In this document: positions 39,075-48,389 of the stretch, in pieces
How the letters are laid out: each line of letters opens with the position of its first letter
How positions within the stretch are numbered: the stretch's first letter is position 1
NCBI GenBank assembly: GCA_963816185.1
Contig: CAWFJJ010000007.1
Coordinates: forward strand, 1 to 64,000
Reading direction: 5' to 3'
DNA from: Thermoanaerobaculia bacterium
GTDB taxonomy: Bacteria > Acidobacteriota > Thermoanaerobaculia > UBA5066
Length of the DNA: 64,000 nt
The notes under the pieces: generated by a model
The model's input: only the letters and a program-made list of their open reading frames with translations
Database searches by the model: none
What the model was told of the DNA's origin: nothing
Position numbers and translations under genes: made by a program

Positions 39075-39923
39075 ATGAACGAGACGCTCGTCCTCGCCCA
39101 CTCGCCCGACTCCGACGACGCGTTCATGTTCTACGGTCTTCGCGAGAACGCGGTCGACACCGAAGGCGTCTCGTATCGCCACGAGCTCGCCGACATCGAG
39201 ACGCTGAACAGGCGCGCGCTCTCGGGGGAGCTCGCGATCACGGCCGTTTCTTTCCACGCGTACGCGTATCTCGCCGATCGCTATCTGCTCCTGCCGCACG
39301 GCGCCTCGTTCGGGGACGGATATGGGCCGTGCGTGGTCGCGCGCGACGCCGACGGCGCGCCGCGGGCGCTCGCGGACCTCGCGGGTCGGCGCGTCGCGAT
39401 CCCCGGCTCTCTCACATCGGCGGCTCTCGCCCTCAAGATCTACGCTCCGCTCTCGATCGGTGTCGTCACGCCCTTCGACCGCGTCGGCGACGCGGTAAGG
39501 CGCGGAGACGTGGACGCCGGCGTCGTCATTCACGAAGGCCAGCTCACGTGGAAGGACGAGGGGTTTCGTCTCGTGGCGGACCTTGGCGCCGTATGGAAGA
39601 ACGAGACCTCGCTGCCGCTCGCCCTCGGAGGCAATGCCGTGCGGAAGGATCTCGGTCCGGAGCTGATCGGGCGGGTGTCGCGCGCTCTCGGCCGGTCGAT
39701 CGCCTATGCCCTCGACCATCGCGAGGACGCTCTCACGGACGCGATGCGTTTCGCGCGCGGCCTTCCCCGCGAGAAGGCCGACCGCTTCGTCTCGATGTAC
39801 GTGAACGACTGGACCCGTTCTTACGGGGAGCGTGGACGTGAGGCGGTCCGCCTCTTTCTCGAGCGCGGGCATGCGGCAGGAGCTCTTCCGCGGCGTGTGA
39901 TGCCGGAATGGGTGGAGAGCTGA
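39075..39923 (+). CDS. mqnD: 1,4-dihydroxy-6-naphthoate synthase (futalosine pathway)
   Basis: LAHSPDSDDAFMF, DIETLN, IHEGQLT, LPLALG, MYVN. Confidence 0.8.
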   Translation: MNETLVLAHSPDSDDAFMFYGLRENAVDTEGVSYRHELADIETLNRRALSGELAITAVSFHAYAYLADRYLLLPHGASFGDGYGPCVVARDADGAPRALADLAGRRVAIPGSLTSAALALKIYAPLSIGVVTPFDRVGDAVRRGDVDAGVVIHEGQLTWKDEGFRLVADLGAVWKNETSLPLALGGNAVRKDLGPELIGRVSRALGRSIAYALDHREDALTDAMRFARGLPREKADRFVSMYVNDWTRSYGERGREAVRLFLERGHAAGALPRRVMPEWVES

Positions 39924-39958
39924 GAAGAGCATGAAGGACTCTTGAGAGGAAAGGCGCC

Positions 39959-40495
39959 GTGACGGTCCGCGGCCGAATGGTGATCGCGGGGGCGTGGCTC
40001 TTCATCGCAGCCCTCTGGTGCGGGATGCTCGCGTTCTTCGGCGCGTTCGGGGCGCGCACCGTCCTCATGACCGCCCCGAGCCGGCACGCGGCGGGCGCCG
40101 TGAATCGCGCGCTTCTCGACGAGCTCGACGCCGTGTCGCTCGGCTCCGTCGCCCTCCTTCTGGTCGGCGTCGTGGTCTGGAATCGCGCACGGCCGTGGTC
40201 GCCCCGCGCGCGCGGACTCGGGCTGCGCCTCCTCGCGATCGCCGCGGTCGCCGCGATCGCCTCGCTCTACGTCATTACTCCGGAGATGATGGCCCTCAGG
40301 GACCGGATGGGTCCGATCGATCTCGTCGCGAAGACGGATCCCCTGAGGCAGGAATGGGGACGCCTTCACGGTCTCTCGATGCTGACGCTCCTCGTGCGCC
40401 TTGTCGCGGCGATCGGGGCGTTCGTGGCCGCGTTCTCACAGCTAGCCCCGCAGACCGCTTCGCGGTCCCCTGAACCCCCTTCACCGCTCGAGTAA
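39959..40495 (+). CDS. DUF4149 membrane protein
   Basis: Four TM segments, ITPEM..LR, F/W.RLHG.S. Confidence 0.75.
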   Translation: MTVRGRMVIAGAWLFIAALWCGMLAFFGAFGARTVLMTAPSRHAAGAVNRALLDELDAVSLGSVALLLVGVVVWNRARPWSPRARGLGLRLLAIAAVAAIASLYVITPEMMALRDRMGPIDLVAKTDPLRQEWGRLHGLSMLTLLVRLVAAIGAFVAAFSQLAPQTASRSPEPPSPLE

Positions 40496-41377
40496 CGTCG
40501 GGCCGAGCCGCGACCGGAAGAACTCCGTCCAGCGTCGCTCGTATTCGGCGCGCGCCACGGCCTGAGGCTCGTCCGCGTGGTGGCAGTGACCGCAGCGCGG
40601 CACGCGCCAGAACGACTTTTCACCCGCGAGCGCCGCGTAGAGGTCCGTCGAGAAGCGGATGGGGACGAGGCTGTCGTTCTCGCCGTGCACGACGACGGCC
40701 GGGCACGTCACGCGGCGCGCGGCGCGGACCGGGTCCACCTCCGAGAGGTCGAGGCGCTCGGTGCGCGCGATCCTCCGCATGAGGACGCGCACCGGGAGCG
40801 CGAAGAGAACGGCGGGCAGCGAGGTGGCGCAGTGCAGGTAGTGCGCCGCCATGGCGACCAGATCGCCGAACGGCGCCTGCAGCCAGAGCGCCGCCGGCGA
40901 GCAAGCGGCGGCGAGATGGACCGCGAGCAGGGCGCCCATCGAGCAGCCGTCGATCCCGAGGCGCGCACGCGTGACGCCGAAGCGCGCTTCCACGAGGTCG
41001 AGGAGGCGGAGCAGGTCGCCGGTCTCGAGAAGGCCGTATGTGATGCGCGCACCGGTGGAGGGAGGATGCCCCCGGAGCTCGGGCACGAGCACGTTGAAGC
41101 CGAGGCCGAGGGCCCGCACCGAATCCCTCGTCCACTCGGCCCCGCATCCGCCTTTTCCGTGGAGGAAGAGGAGCGTGCTTCTCTCCGCCGGCCGGCCCGG
41201 CGTCGCGAAGAGAGCCGACAGGCGCGCCGGCTCCCGCGGGTCGCCGTCGTGCGTGAGGATCTCGACGAGCCCGTCGGGCGAAGCGGCGGCTCGGACGGCG
41301 GCATGGAAGGCCTCCACGGACGCGGTCGCCGGGACCAGTCCCACGGGGGAGAGCAGGATGCCCGCGGGCGATCGCAT
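40481..41377 (-). CDS. Alpha/beta hydrolase
   Basis: LHG.GG, ELRGH, GCSMG, HGEND..VP. Confidence 0.88.
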   Translation of the reverse strand: MRSPAGILLSPVGLVPATASVEAFHAAVRAAASPDGLVEILTHDGDPREPARLSALFATPGRPAERSTLLFLHGKGGCGAEWTRDSVRALGLGFNVLVPELRGHPPSTGARITYGLLETGDLLRLLDLVEARFGVTRARLGIDGCSMGALLAVHLAAACSPAALWLQAPFGDLVAMAAHYLHCATSLPAVLFALPVRVLMRRIARTERLDLSEVDPVRAARRVTCPAVVVHGENDSLVPIRFSTDLYAALAGEKSFWRVPRCGHCHHADEPQAVARAEYERRWTEFFRSRLGPTLLER

Positions 41378-41395
41378 GCCGTGCGCGGGCGCTCT

Positions 41396-42739
41396 TCAGG
41401 AAGCCTTGGCGGGCTTTCTCTTCGGCTCGGGCGCCGCGGTGCGGTACTCGGCGTTCTTGGGGTCGATCGCCAAGGCCTTCTTCAGCGCCGCCGCTGCGCC
41501 GGCACGGTCGCCCGTCGCCCGGAGCGCCGCGGCAAGGGCGCCCTGCGCAGCCGCGTCCTCGCCATCCGAGAGCTCGACTGCGCGGCGTGCCTGCTTGACG
41601 GCTTCGGCGGAGTTCTTCATCGCGAGCGCCGCGCGGGACGCGCGTACGGAGAGCTCCGTATCGAGAGGCCCGACGCCGATCGCCGCAAGATAGGTCTTCT
41701 TCGCGTCGGGGGCCCTTCCGCTCGAGGCGAGCGCCTCGGCGAGGTCGAGCTGCCGCTCGACGCGCGTCCCTGCGGCAGCGCCGTTTTTCTCGGCGAGAGA
41801 AGAGGCGCGCTGAAAAGCGGCAAGCGCCTCGGGGACGTTGCCGGCCTGGCGCTCGGCGGCGCCGAGCGCCGCGACCACGTCGGCCGAATACGCCGTGGAC
41901 TCGCCGACGGCGCGAAGCGTGTCCTGTGCCACGGCGCGCGCCGACGCGAGGTCGCCACGTTTCCCCAGGCTGTTCACGAGCGCCGCCGCGAAGAAACCGC
42001 GGCTCGGATCCGTCCCGAGCCGGGGAAGAAAGGTCGCGATGAGATCGGCCGTCTCGGCGGACTGGTCGTTCCATAGCGTCTCGATCGCGACGAGCTGCAG
42101 GAAGATCTGCAGGACCTCCGGGCGGCCGAGATCGCCTTCCTCGCTCACGATGCGAAGGACGATGGGCCTGAGACGCGGAAGGTCGCGCCGCGCCGTGAGC
42201 GCGCTCGCGATCGCAATCGCGTCGTCGGTGTTCCACGACTTCTTGAGCTTCGTCAGGGCCTCGAGGAGCCGGGTCTTGCCGGCGAGAATGGCTTCTGCGG
42301 CTCGCTGGAAATCGATCGGCCCGAACCCGCCCACGACGCGGTCGATCTCGTTCCCGTCGGCGCCGAGGAAAAGAATGGAGGGAAACGAATAGGCCTGATA
42401 CCGCGTCGCGATGCGCCGCCCCTCACCCTTCTCCGCATCGACGCGCGCGGGGATGACGGCTCTCTTCGCCCAGTCCACGACGGTCCGGTCGGAGAACGTC
42501 GTCCTGTCCATGATCTTGCAGGGGCCGCACCAGGACGCGACGACGTCGAGCATGACGGGCTTGCCTTCCAGCTTCGCGCGCCTCAGGACCTCGGCGAACG
42601 GCTTGCCCTCGATGAAGGGAATGTGGACTGCGGGCGCCGGGGGCTGCTTAGAAGGGGAAGAGGGCTGGGCATTGGCTCGATCGGCCGGCGAGGCCATGAG
42701 TACGACGGCGACGGACGCGATGAGGTTGGGGAATCGCAA
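41396..42739 (-). CDS. Thioredoxin-domain plus TPR protein
   Basis: ASWCGPCK, cis-Pro FPS, C-terminal TPRs, signal peptide. Confidence 0.85.
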   Translation of the reverse strand: MRFPNLIASVAVVLMASPADRANAQPSSPSKQPPAPAVHIPFIEGKPFAEVLRRAKLEGKPVMLDVVASWCGPCKIMDRTTFSDRTVVDWAKRAVIPARVDAEKGEGRRIATRYQAYSFPSILFLGADGNEIDRVVGGFGPIDFQRAAEAILAGKTRLLEALTKLKKSWNTDDAIAIASALTARRDLPRLRPIVLRIVSEEGDLGRPEVLQIFLQLVAIETLWNDQSAETADLIATFLPRLGTDPSRGFFAAALVNSLGKRGDLASARAVAQDTLRAVGESTAYSADVVAALGAAERQAGNVPEALAAFQRASSLAEKNGAAAGTRVERQLDLAEALASSGRAPDAKKTYLAAIGVGPLDTELSVRASRAALAMKNSAEAVKQARRAVELSDGEDAAAQGALAAALRATGDRAGAAAALKKALAIDPKNAEYRTAAPEPKRKPAKAS

Positions 42740-42831
42740 AGTGGTCTCTTCCTCTCTTCCCTTTTCTAAGAAAATCTTCTTCTTCCTCTTTCTCTCTCTC
42801 TGAAACCTTTTCTCTTCTCTCCATTATTCCC

Positions 42832-43632
42832 TCAGAACCCGGGACGGAAGGGATCGATCGGCGGCGGGGGCGGATCGCCGGCGTACCGGACGGATTCCAG
42901 AAAAAGGCCCGAAGGCGGGGCCGTCCACTCCGCTGGCTTGCCCGAACGCGCCGCGAGAAGCGCCTTGACGTCCGCGACTCCGAGACGGCCGCGGCCGGCC
43001 TCGAGAAGCGTCCCCGCGAGGCGGCGGACCATCTTCCACAGGAAGTGCGAGGCGCCGATGCGAAAGAGGATGAGGTCGGGCGCTTCGGGCGGCGTCTCCA
43101 CGCGCGCGAAGGCGACCTCCACGAGAGTCGAATCGTGGCCCTCGGCGTTTTCGCAGAAGCTTCCGAAGTCGTGCCGGCCCACGAAAAGGTCCGCGGCCGC
43201 CTGCATGAAAGAAGCGTCGAGGCGGTCTTTCACCCAGTAGACGTACCGCTTGCCGAACGCGGTGCGTCGCCGCGAGATCCGGTACCGGTAGATGCGTTCG
43301 CCGGCGGAGTGGCGCGCGTGGAACGACGGCGGCGCGACGTCGAGCCGCAGCACGTGGATGTCGGGCGGAAGCCGGTCGTTGAGATCCTGACGGAGCTTGC
43401 CGAGGTCGGCGGCTTTGGCGACGGCTCCGTGCAGAGAAGCGACCTGCGCGAACGCGTGCACGCCGGCGTCCGTGCGTCCCGCGCCGTTGACCTTCACGTC
43501 GTGCCCGAGCGCGTCGCGGCACGCGCGCACGAGCTCGCCCTGAACCGTGCGCGCGTTCACCTGCGCCTGCCAGCCGCGGTAGCGGCCGCCGTCGTATTCG
43601 AGGGTGGCGCGCAGGACGGAGGCGGGCGGCAT
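42832..43632 (-). CDS. truA: tRNA pseudouridine(38-40) synthase
   Basis: EYDG..Y.GWQ.Q, AGRTDAGVHA, FHAR.SA..R.Y.Y, FLWKMVR, APPSGLFL. Confidence 0.96.
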   Translation of the reverse strand: MPPASVLRATLEYDGGRYRGWQAQVNARTVQGELVRACRDALGHDVKVNGAGRTDAGVHAFAQVASLHGAVAKAADLGKLRQDLNDRLPPDIHVLRLDVAPPSFHARHSAGERIYRYRISRRRTAFGKRYVYWVKDRLDASFMQAAADLFVGRHDFGSFCENAEGHDSTLVEVAFARVETPPEAPDLILFRIGASHFLWKMVRRLAGTLLEAGRGRLGVADVKALLAARSGKPAEWTAPPSGLFLESVRYAGDPPPPPIDPFRPGF

Positions 43633-43654
43633 TCGGCTATTCTCTCCGAACGTC

Positions 43655-44845
43655 GTGGCGACCGACACGGGCGAAGCTCTCCAGCCCTTCACGCGGGCGC
43701 GGGACGCCGGCGCCGAGGCGCGGGCGGCCGAAGTGGTGCGCGCGCTCGTCTCGGCGCTGACGGACGCCGCCGGCGACGCCTGGGCGGGCGCGGCGCTCGG
43801 CGGCGCGCTCGGACTCGGGGAAGGCGCGACGTTCGTCGCCCGCGACGGGACGGGGCGTCCCGGCGAGGTGTTCGAGCTTCTCGCCGTGCTCGATGCGCCG
43901 ATTCGGGACATCCCGGCGCTCTCGCGGCACCTCGCGCGCGCCGCCGCCGAGACGGCGAAAAGCCGCCGGGTGGAGGCGTCCGTGGCGGCGGTCGCGCGGC
44001 GAGGCCTGCGTTTCCTGCCTCCGACGTTCTGGAACATGGAGCTCGTCGCGGCGCGTCGCGTCGTCGACGGCCCGCCCGATCTCCTTCCGCCTTACGAGGA
44101 GGTCTTCCGAGGAGGTCCCGACCGCGCCGAAGGCGTGCGCCTTCTCGCGAGGACGGGGGCGGGACTGCTCGAGGCCGAGCACCTCGTGGATCGCTCCGGC
44201 TCGGGGGCCCACGCGCGAGAAGCCCTCCGGTCGGTTCGCGCGGCCGACCTCGCGCTCGGATCCGTCGTGCTCCTTTCGGCCGGCCGCTGGACTCCGGGGG
44301 CGCTCGCGCGCGACGAGGCGCTGCACGCGCTCGCCGCGGCGGGCCCCGAGGGCCCGCGCCGGACGGGCTTTCACGTCCACATGAACTGGACCCGCTTCCG
44401 CGATCTCGTGGAACGGCATCACGCGGCCGCTCTCGCGCTCTCCGAGCCGGAAGGCGCGGAAGCCCCCGATGCGCGCCGTCAGGTGGCCCGCGCCGGCGAC
44501 CGCTTCATGGAGATCCTGCGTCTTTTCGAGGAGGAGCGCCTCGGCGTGCCGCTGCCGAACTGGACGGAGTACGCGATCGCGCTCGCGCGGCGGCGGAGCG
44601 GCGCCGCGGTGTCCGAGCTCTTCGGCGACGACGACACCCCGGCCGACCTCGCCGCCACGGCGCGTCTCGCGCGGAAGTCGGCGAAGAGCTGGCCGCTCGC
44701 CGAGCGCCTCGCGCCGGCCGTGGCCGCGCTCGTGGACTGGGACCCGAGCGACCTGCCGATCGTGCCGGTCCTCCTCGGCCTTCCGGACGTCGCGACGCGC
44801 GAAGCCCTCCGCCAGCGCGCGATCGCCTGGAGCGCGAACGTCTGA
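43655..44845 (+). CDS. Hypothetical protein, degenerate nucleotidyltransferase-like
   Basis: LGGALGLGEG...FELLAVL resembles the Pol-beta-type G[GS]..RGEG..DxD region; start uncertain. Confidence 0.55.
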   Translation: MATDTGEALQPFTRARDAGAEARAAEVVRALVSALTDAAGDAWAGAALGGALGLGEGATFVARDGTGRPGEVFELLAVLDAPIRDIPALSRHLARAAAETAKSRRVEASVAAVARRGLRFLPPTFWNMELVAARRVVDGPPDLLPPYEEVFRGGPDRAEGVRLLARTGAGLLEAEHLVDRSGSGAHAREALRSVRAADLALGSVVLLSAGRWTPGALARDEALHALAAAGPEGPRRTGFHVHMNWTRFRDLVERHHAAALALSEPEGAEAPDARRQVARAGDRFMEILRLFEEERLGVPLPNWTEYAIALARRRSGAAVSELFGDDDTPADLAATARLARKSAKSWPLAERLAPAVAALVDWDPSDLPIVPVLLGLPDVATREALRQRAIAWSANV

Positions 44846-44917
44846 GCGCTCAGAGTCCGTTCTTCCGGCAGTTGACCGGAATGTCGTACGTTAGAGTCCG
44901 ACCCGAGGCCCGTGACG

Positions 44918-46786
44918 TCAGTCGATCGGGATCGGCACCGTCGTCCCGTTGGCGTCCCCGACCATCACACCGGACAGGAGCTTCTGGCACGCGCTGATCT
45001 GTGGGTCGGTTTGCCCGTCACAGGCGACGAGCTGCGGATCGACGCCGACGATCTGCACCGTGTGGCCGTCAGGGAGCGCGACCGTGAACGGCGAGAGAGC
45101 CGGTTCCGTGCAACCGCCGTTGGACCAGTTCGAAACCGCCTTTCCCTTGTCGCTGAACGTGTTGGTCGTGTAGTCGTGGATCCAGATCTCCACGTCGCGC
45201 TGTTCCGTGCTGCAATTGGTGATCTGCACCTGCTTGACCCCATGCGGAGGGGTCACCACGGCCTGGCACGGCTGCCCGGGGGCGGTCACCTTCATCGACG
45301 AAATCCGGTCGTTCCAGTTGCCGCTCGCGTCGCCGAGGTAGGCAATGTCCGCGCCGAACAGGTGGCATGTCGTGGCGTAGTTCTCGTCGTCGCAGGCACA
45401 GGCCTGGACGGACCGCCCGATCCGGAGCGAGGAGATCGAGTTGTCGGCGAGTCCGATCGCGGCCGCGTTGGCATAGTTGCCGACGCCCTTGACCACGCAT
45501 GGACCGACGAAATCGGAGTGCATGTACGCCGCCACCTGGTTCGCGCCGGGCGGGCACTCGACCGTCCCGAACTTCTGCACGCGGGCGGACGACAGCCTGT
45601 CGTTGCCGATCCGGCTGCTTCCGAGGTGCGGGTACGAGGCGGCGAACCTCTGGCAGTCGTTGAGGTAGTCGTTGTCGACGCAGAGCACGACCTGCGTGTC
45701 GCCGCCTAGCTGGATCGACGAGACGGAGTCGTTGGGCACCCCGATCGACTCAGGATTCGGGTAGTCCCCGATGCCCCGGACGGAGCACGGGCCGATCATG
45801 TCGTCGTTCACGAAGAAAGCGACCTGGCCCGGCCCGGCCGTACAGTCGTATTCGCCGGCCTTCTGAACCTTCGCGGACGACGCGCGGTCGTTGCCGATCC
45901 GGGCGTTGCCGAGATGGGGGGTGCTCGAGGTGAAGCGCTGGCAGTCGCCGGCAAAGCCCTCGTCGACGCACAGGACGACCTGGGCTCCGGGGCCGACGAG
46001 GACGGACGAGAGCGAGTCGTTCGGAAGGCCGAAGGTCGTCGCCTTCGGATACGAGCCGATCCCGCGCACGGAGCAGGGGCCGAGGTAGTTGTCGTGCATG
46101 AAAAAACCGACTTGCTGGCTTCCGGGATTGCAGTCCTGCGCGCCGCGGGCCTCGACCTTCGCGGACGAGATCGTGTCGTTGCCGATCGGCTGGCCCCCGA
46201 GAGACGCGGTGTCGCTCGTGAAGAGCTGGCAGTTGCCGCCGTAGTTGATGTCTCGGCAGACGATCACCTGGGCGGACGCCCCGAGCTTGAACGACGAGAT
46301 GGAGTCGTTCGGCAGGCCGATCGACCCCGCCGTCGGGTAGGCGCCGGCGCCACGGATCACGCAGCCGCCGGAATAGTTCGCGTCGATGAAGAAGGCGACT
46401 TGCGACGCGCCGGGGACGCACGCGGTCGAGGAGCCGAGCGCCTGGACCTTCACCGACGTGATGGCGTCGTTGCCGACGGCGTGGTTGCCGAGGCCGGACA
46501 CGTTCGTCGTGATCAGCTCGCAGGTGCCCTGGAAATAGTGGTCGCGGCAGGCGTAGACCTGCGCCCCAGTCCCGAGGCGGATCGAGGTGATCGAGTCATT
46601 CGGGAGCCCGATCGATTCCGCGGTCGGAAAGTCGCCGGCCGGCAGCACGACACAGGCGCCGTGGTACTGGTCGTCCACGAAGAAGGCGGCGTGCCCGGGG
46701 CCGGGATTGCACTGCGCAGCGCCCTCGCGGGCGACGAGCGTCGCGAGGGCGGTTGCGAGAACCGCCAGAGTGCTCCGCACCTTCAT
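44918..46786 (-). CDS. Secreted protein with five beta/gamma-crystallin domains
   Basis: Signal peptide, five ~97-aa Cys-containing repeats each with two NDxxSS-type motifs, unique C-terminal domain. Confidence 0.88.
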   Translation of the reverse strand: MKVRSTLAVLATALATLVAREGAAQCNPGPGHAAFFVDDQYHGACVVLPAGDFPTAESIGLPNDSITSIRLGTGAQVYACRDHYFQGTCELITTNVSGLGNHAVGNDAITSVKVQALGSSTACVPGASQVAFFIDANYSGGCVIRGAGAYPTAGSIGLPNDSISSFKLGASAQVIVCRDINYGGNCQLFTSDTASLGGQPIGNDTISSAKVEARGAQDCNPGSQQVGFFMHDNYLGPCSVRGIGSYPKATTFGLPNDSLSSVLVGPGAQVVLCVDEGFAGDCQRFTSSTPHLGNARIGNDRASSAKVQKAGEYDCTAGPGQVAFFVNDDMIGPCSVRGIGDYPNPESIGVPNDSVSSIQLGGDTQVVLCVDNDYLNDCQRFAASYPHLGSSRIGNDRLSSARVQKFGTVECPPGANQVAAYMHSDFVGPCVVKGVGNYANAAAIGLADNSISSLRIGRSVQACACDDENYATTCHLFGADIAYLGDASGNWNDRISSMKVTAPGQPCQAVVTPPHGVKQVQITNCSTEQRDVEIWIHDYTTNTFSDKGKAVSNWSNGGCTEPALSPFTVALPDGHTVQIVGVDPQLVACDGQTDPQISACQKLLSGVMVGDANGTTVPIPID

Positions 46787-46862
46787 GTTCCCTCCTGACC
46801 GACGAAAGCTGCCGCCGGAGTTCGGCGTCAAAGGGGGCGAGCGCGCAGCCGCGAGCAGGACG

Positions 46863-47051
46863 CTAGCGTTGTGCTGTCTTGCCGGCGAGGCCTTGAATGG
46901 CGTCCATGAGCTGGCGGTTGGCGGGCCCGCGGGGAGGGACCTTCACGAGTTTTCCGTTGACGATGGCCCAGCCGGCGGCGCCCGCCGCCACGCCGGGTGA
47001 GATGAACATCGCCACGATCACGAGCCCCGACAGCTTTTTCCTGGTCGCCAT
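46863..47051 (-). CDS. 62-aa hypothetical protein
   Basis: SD GGAGG; hydrophobic N-terminus then GWAIVNGKLVKVPPRGP. Confidence 0.65.
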   Translation of the reverse strand: MATRKKLSGLVIVAMFISPGVAAGAAGWAIVNGKLVKVPPRGPANRQLMDAIQGLAGKTAQR

Positions 47052-47187
47052 AGATTCCTCCATCCTCTTGCGGACCATCGAGAATGATTCTTAGAATCCC
47101 GGAGAACTTAGGGCCCTTGGCCGGCCCCTGCAAACCGTTATCGTTACCATTTCGGGCCAGCATTCAGGGGCACGATGGAGGGCGCGG

Positions 47188-47556
47188 ATGGCTGTCGGTC
47201 GTTCCGGCGTCGAGTGGTCCGAGAGCGTCGTGGCCCGTCTGCTCGCCGGCGGATGCAAGGGACTCGCGTGTCACGTCGGGGTATCGGTGCGGACACTGAG
47301 GCGACGATTTCGCGAGAGCGACATTACCCTCAGGGAAATCATGCTCGCGAAGCGGGCCGCGGTCGTTCTCAACCTCATGCAGGCCGGCCTGCCTTTGACG
47401 AGGATCGCTGGCCGCGTAGGCCTCTCCAGCTCACCCGCGTTGGCCCGCTTCGTCAGGCGGGAATTCGGAACGACACCGGCAAGGCTGGCCGCGCAGCTTC
47501 GGATACCGGAGTGCCGACGTGACGGGCGGCGAGCCTCGGGGGGGAGGGTGCGCTGA
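47188..47556 (+). CDS. Stand-alone AraC-type HTH regulator
   Basis: LA..VGVS.RTLRRRF...IA.RVG.SS..AL.RF.RREFG.TP; no effector domain. Confidence 0.8.
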   Translation: MAVGRSGVEWSESVVARLLAGGCKGLACHVGVSVRTLRRRFRESDITLREIMLAKRAAVVLNLMQAGLPLTRIAGRVGLSSSPALARFVRREFGTTPARLAAQLRIPECRRDGRRASGGRVR

Positions 47557-47596
47557 GTGACGTCGAATGGCGGCCTGCAGCGACCAGCGGCACCGG

Positions 47597-48382
47597 CTAG
47601 AGCCTCGACCTTCCGCGCGTGAGCGCGAGCGTGAAGTCGAGCCGCGTGTTCGTGCCGCGCACGGCGATACGTTTCAGCCGGAAGGGATCGGAGAGATCTT
47701 TCGAGATGCCGCCGCGGATGACCGTCGCCGCGCGGTACCCTGCCCGGCGGACGGCCTCGACGACGCGGTCGTCGAAATCGCCGAAGGGATAGCAGAAGGA
47801 CATGACGGGGGCGCCCACGAGGCGCTCGAGCGTCTCGCGGCTGCCCGCGACCTCCTGCGAGAGCTCGCCGTCGGAGAGCCGGGTGAGCGCGCGGTGCGTG
47901 GCGCCATGTGAGCCGATCTCGAGGCCTTCGGCGTGAAGTTTGCGGACCTCGTCGGCCGAGAGGAGCGCCTCCCCCGGCGTCTCGCCGTCCCAGTCGTTCG
48001 TCCCGCCGAGCTTGTCCGCGACGACGAAGAGGGTCGCCGAGAACCCGCGGTCGAGCAGCGCCGGCAGCGCCCGCGCGAAAACGCCGCGGTAGCCGTCGTC
48101 GAACGTGAGAACGGCCAGACGGCTTCCGGTGGTGGATGCCTCGAGAAGGTCGCGGAGCGCGGCGCCGCGGTAGCCGCGGCGTCGGAGAGCGTCGAGCTGC
48201 CAGGCGAAGTCTTCTTCCCTTACGCGCCATTTGTTCAGGGCCGAGCCGGGGCGGGGTGCTCCCACCTGGTGGTACATGAGGATCGGCGTGCCTGAGCGTC
48301 TCTTCCGCCACCAGTTGAAGCGAAGGGAGAAACCGAGGCCGGCCGCGCCGCCGAAGCCCGCCGCGAAGAGAGCGCCGCTCAC
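47597..48382 (-). CDS. Polysaccharide deacetylase
   Basis: ILMYH, LTFDDGY, GSHG..H, FCYPFG. Confidence 0.92.
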   Translation of the reverse strand: MSGALFAAGFGGAAGLGFSLRFNWWRKRRSGTPILMYHQVGAPRPGSALNKWRVREEDFAWQLDALRRRGYRGAALRDLLEASTTGSRLAVLTFDDGYRGVFARALPALLDRGFSATLFVVADKLGGTNDWDGETPGEALLSADEVRKLHAEGLEIGSHGATHRALTRLSDGELSQEVAGSRETLERLVGAPVMSFCYPFGDFDDRVVEAVRRAGYRAATVIRGGISKDLSDPFRLKRIAVRGTNTRLDFTLALTRGRSRL

Positions 48383-48389
48383 GCCGCCG

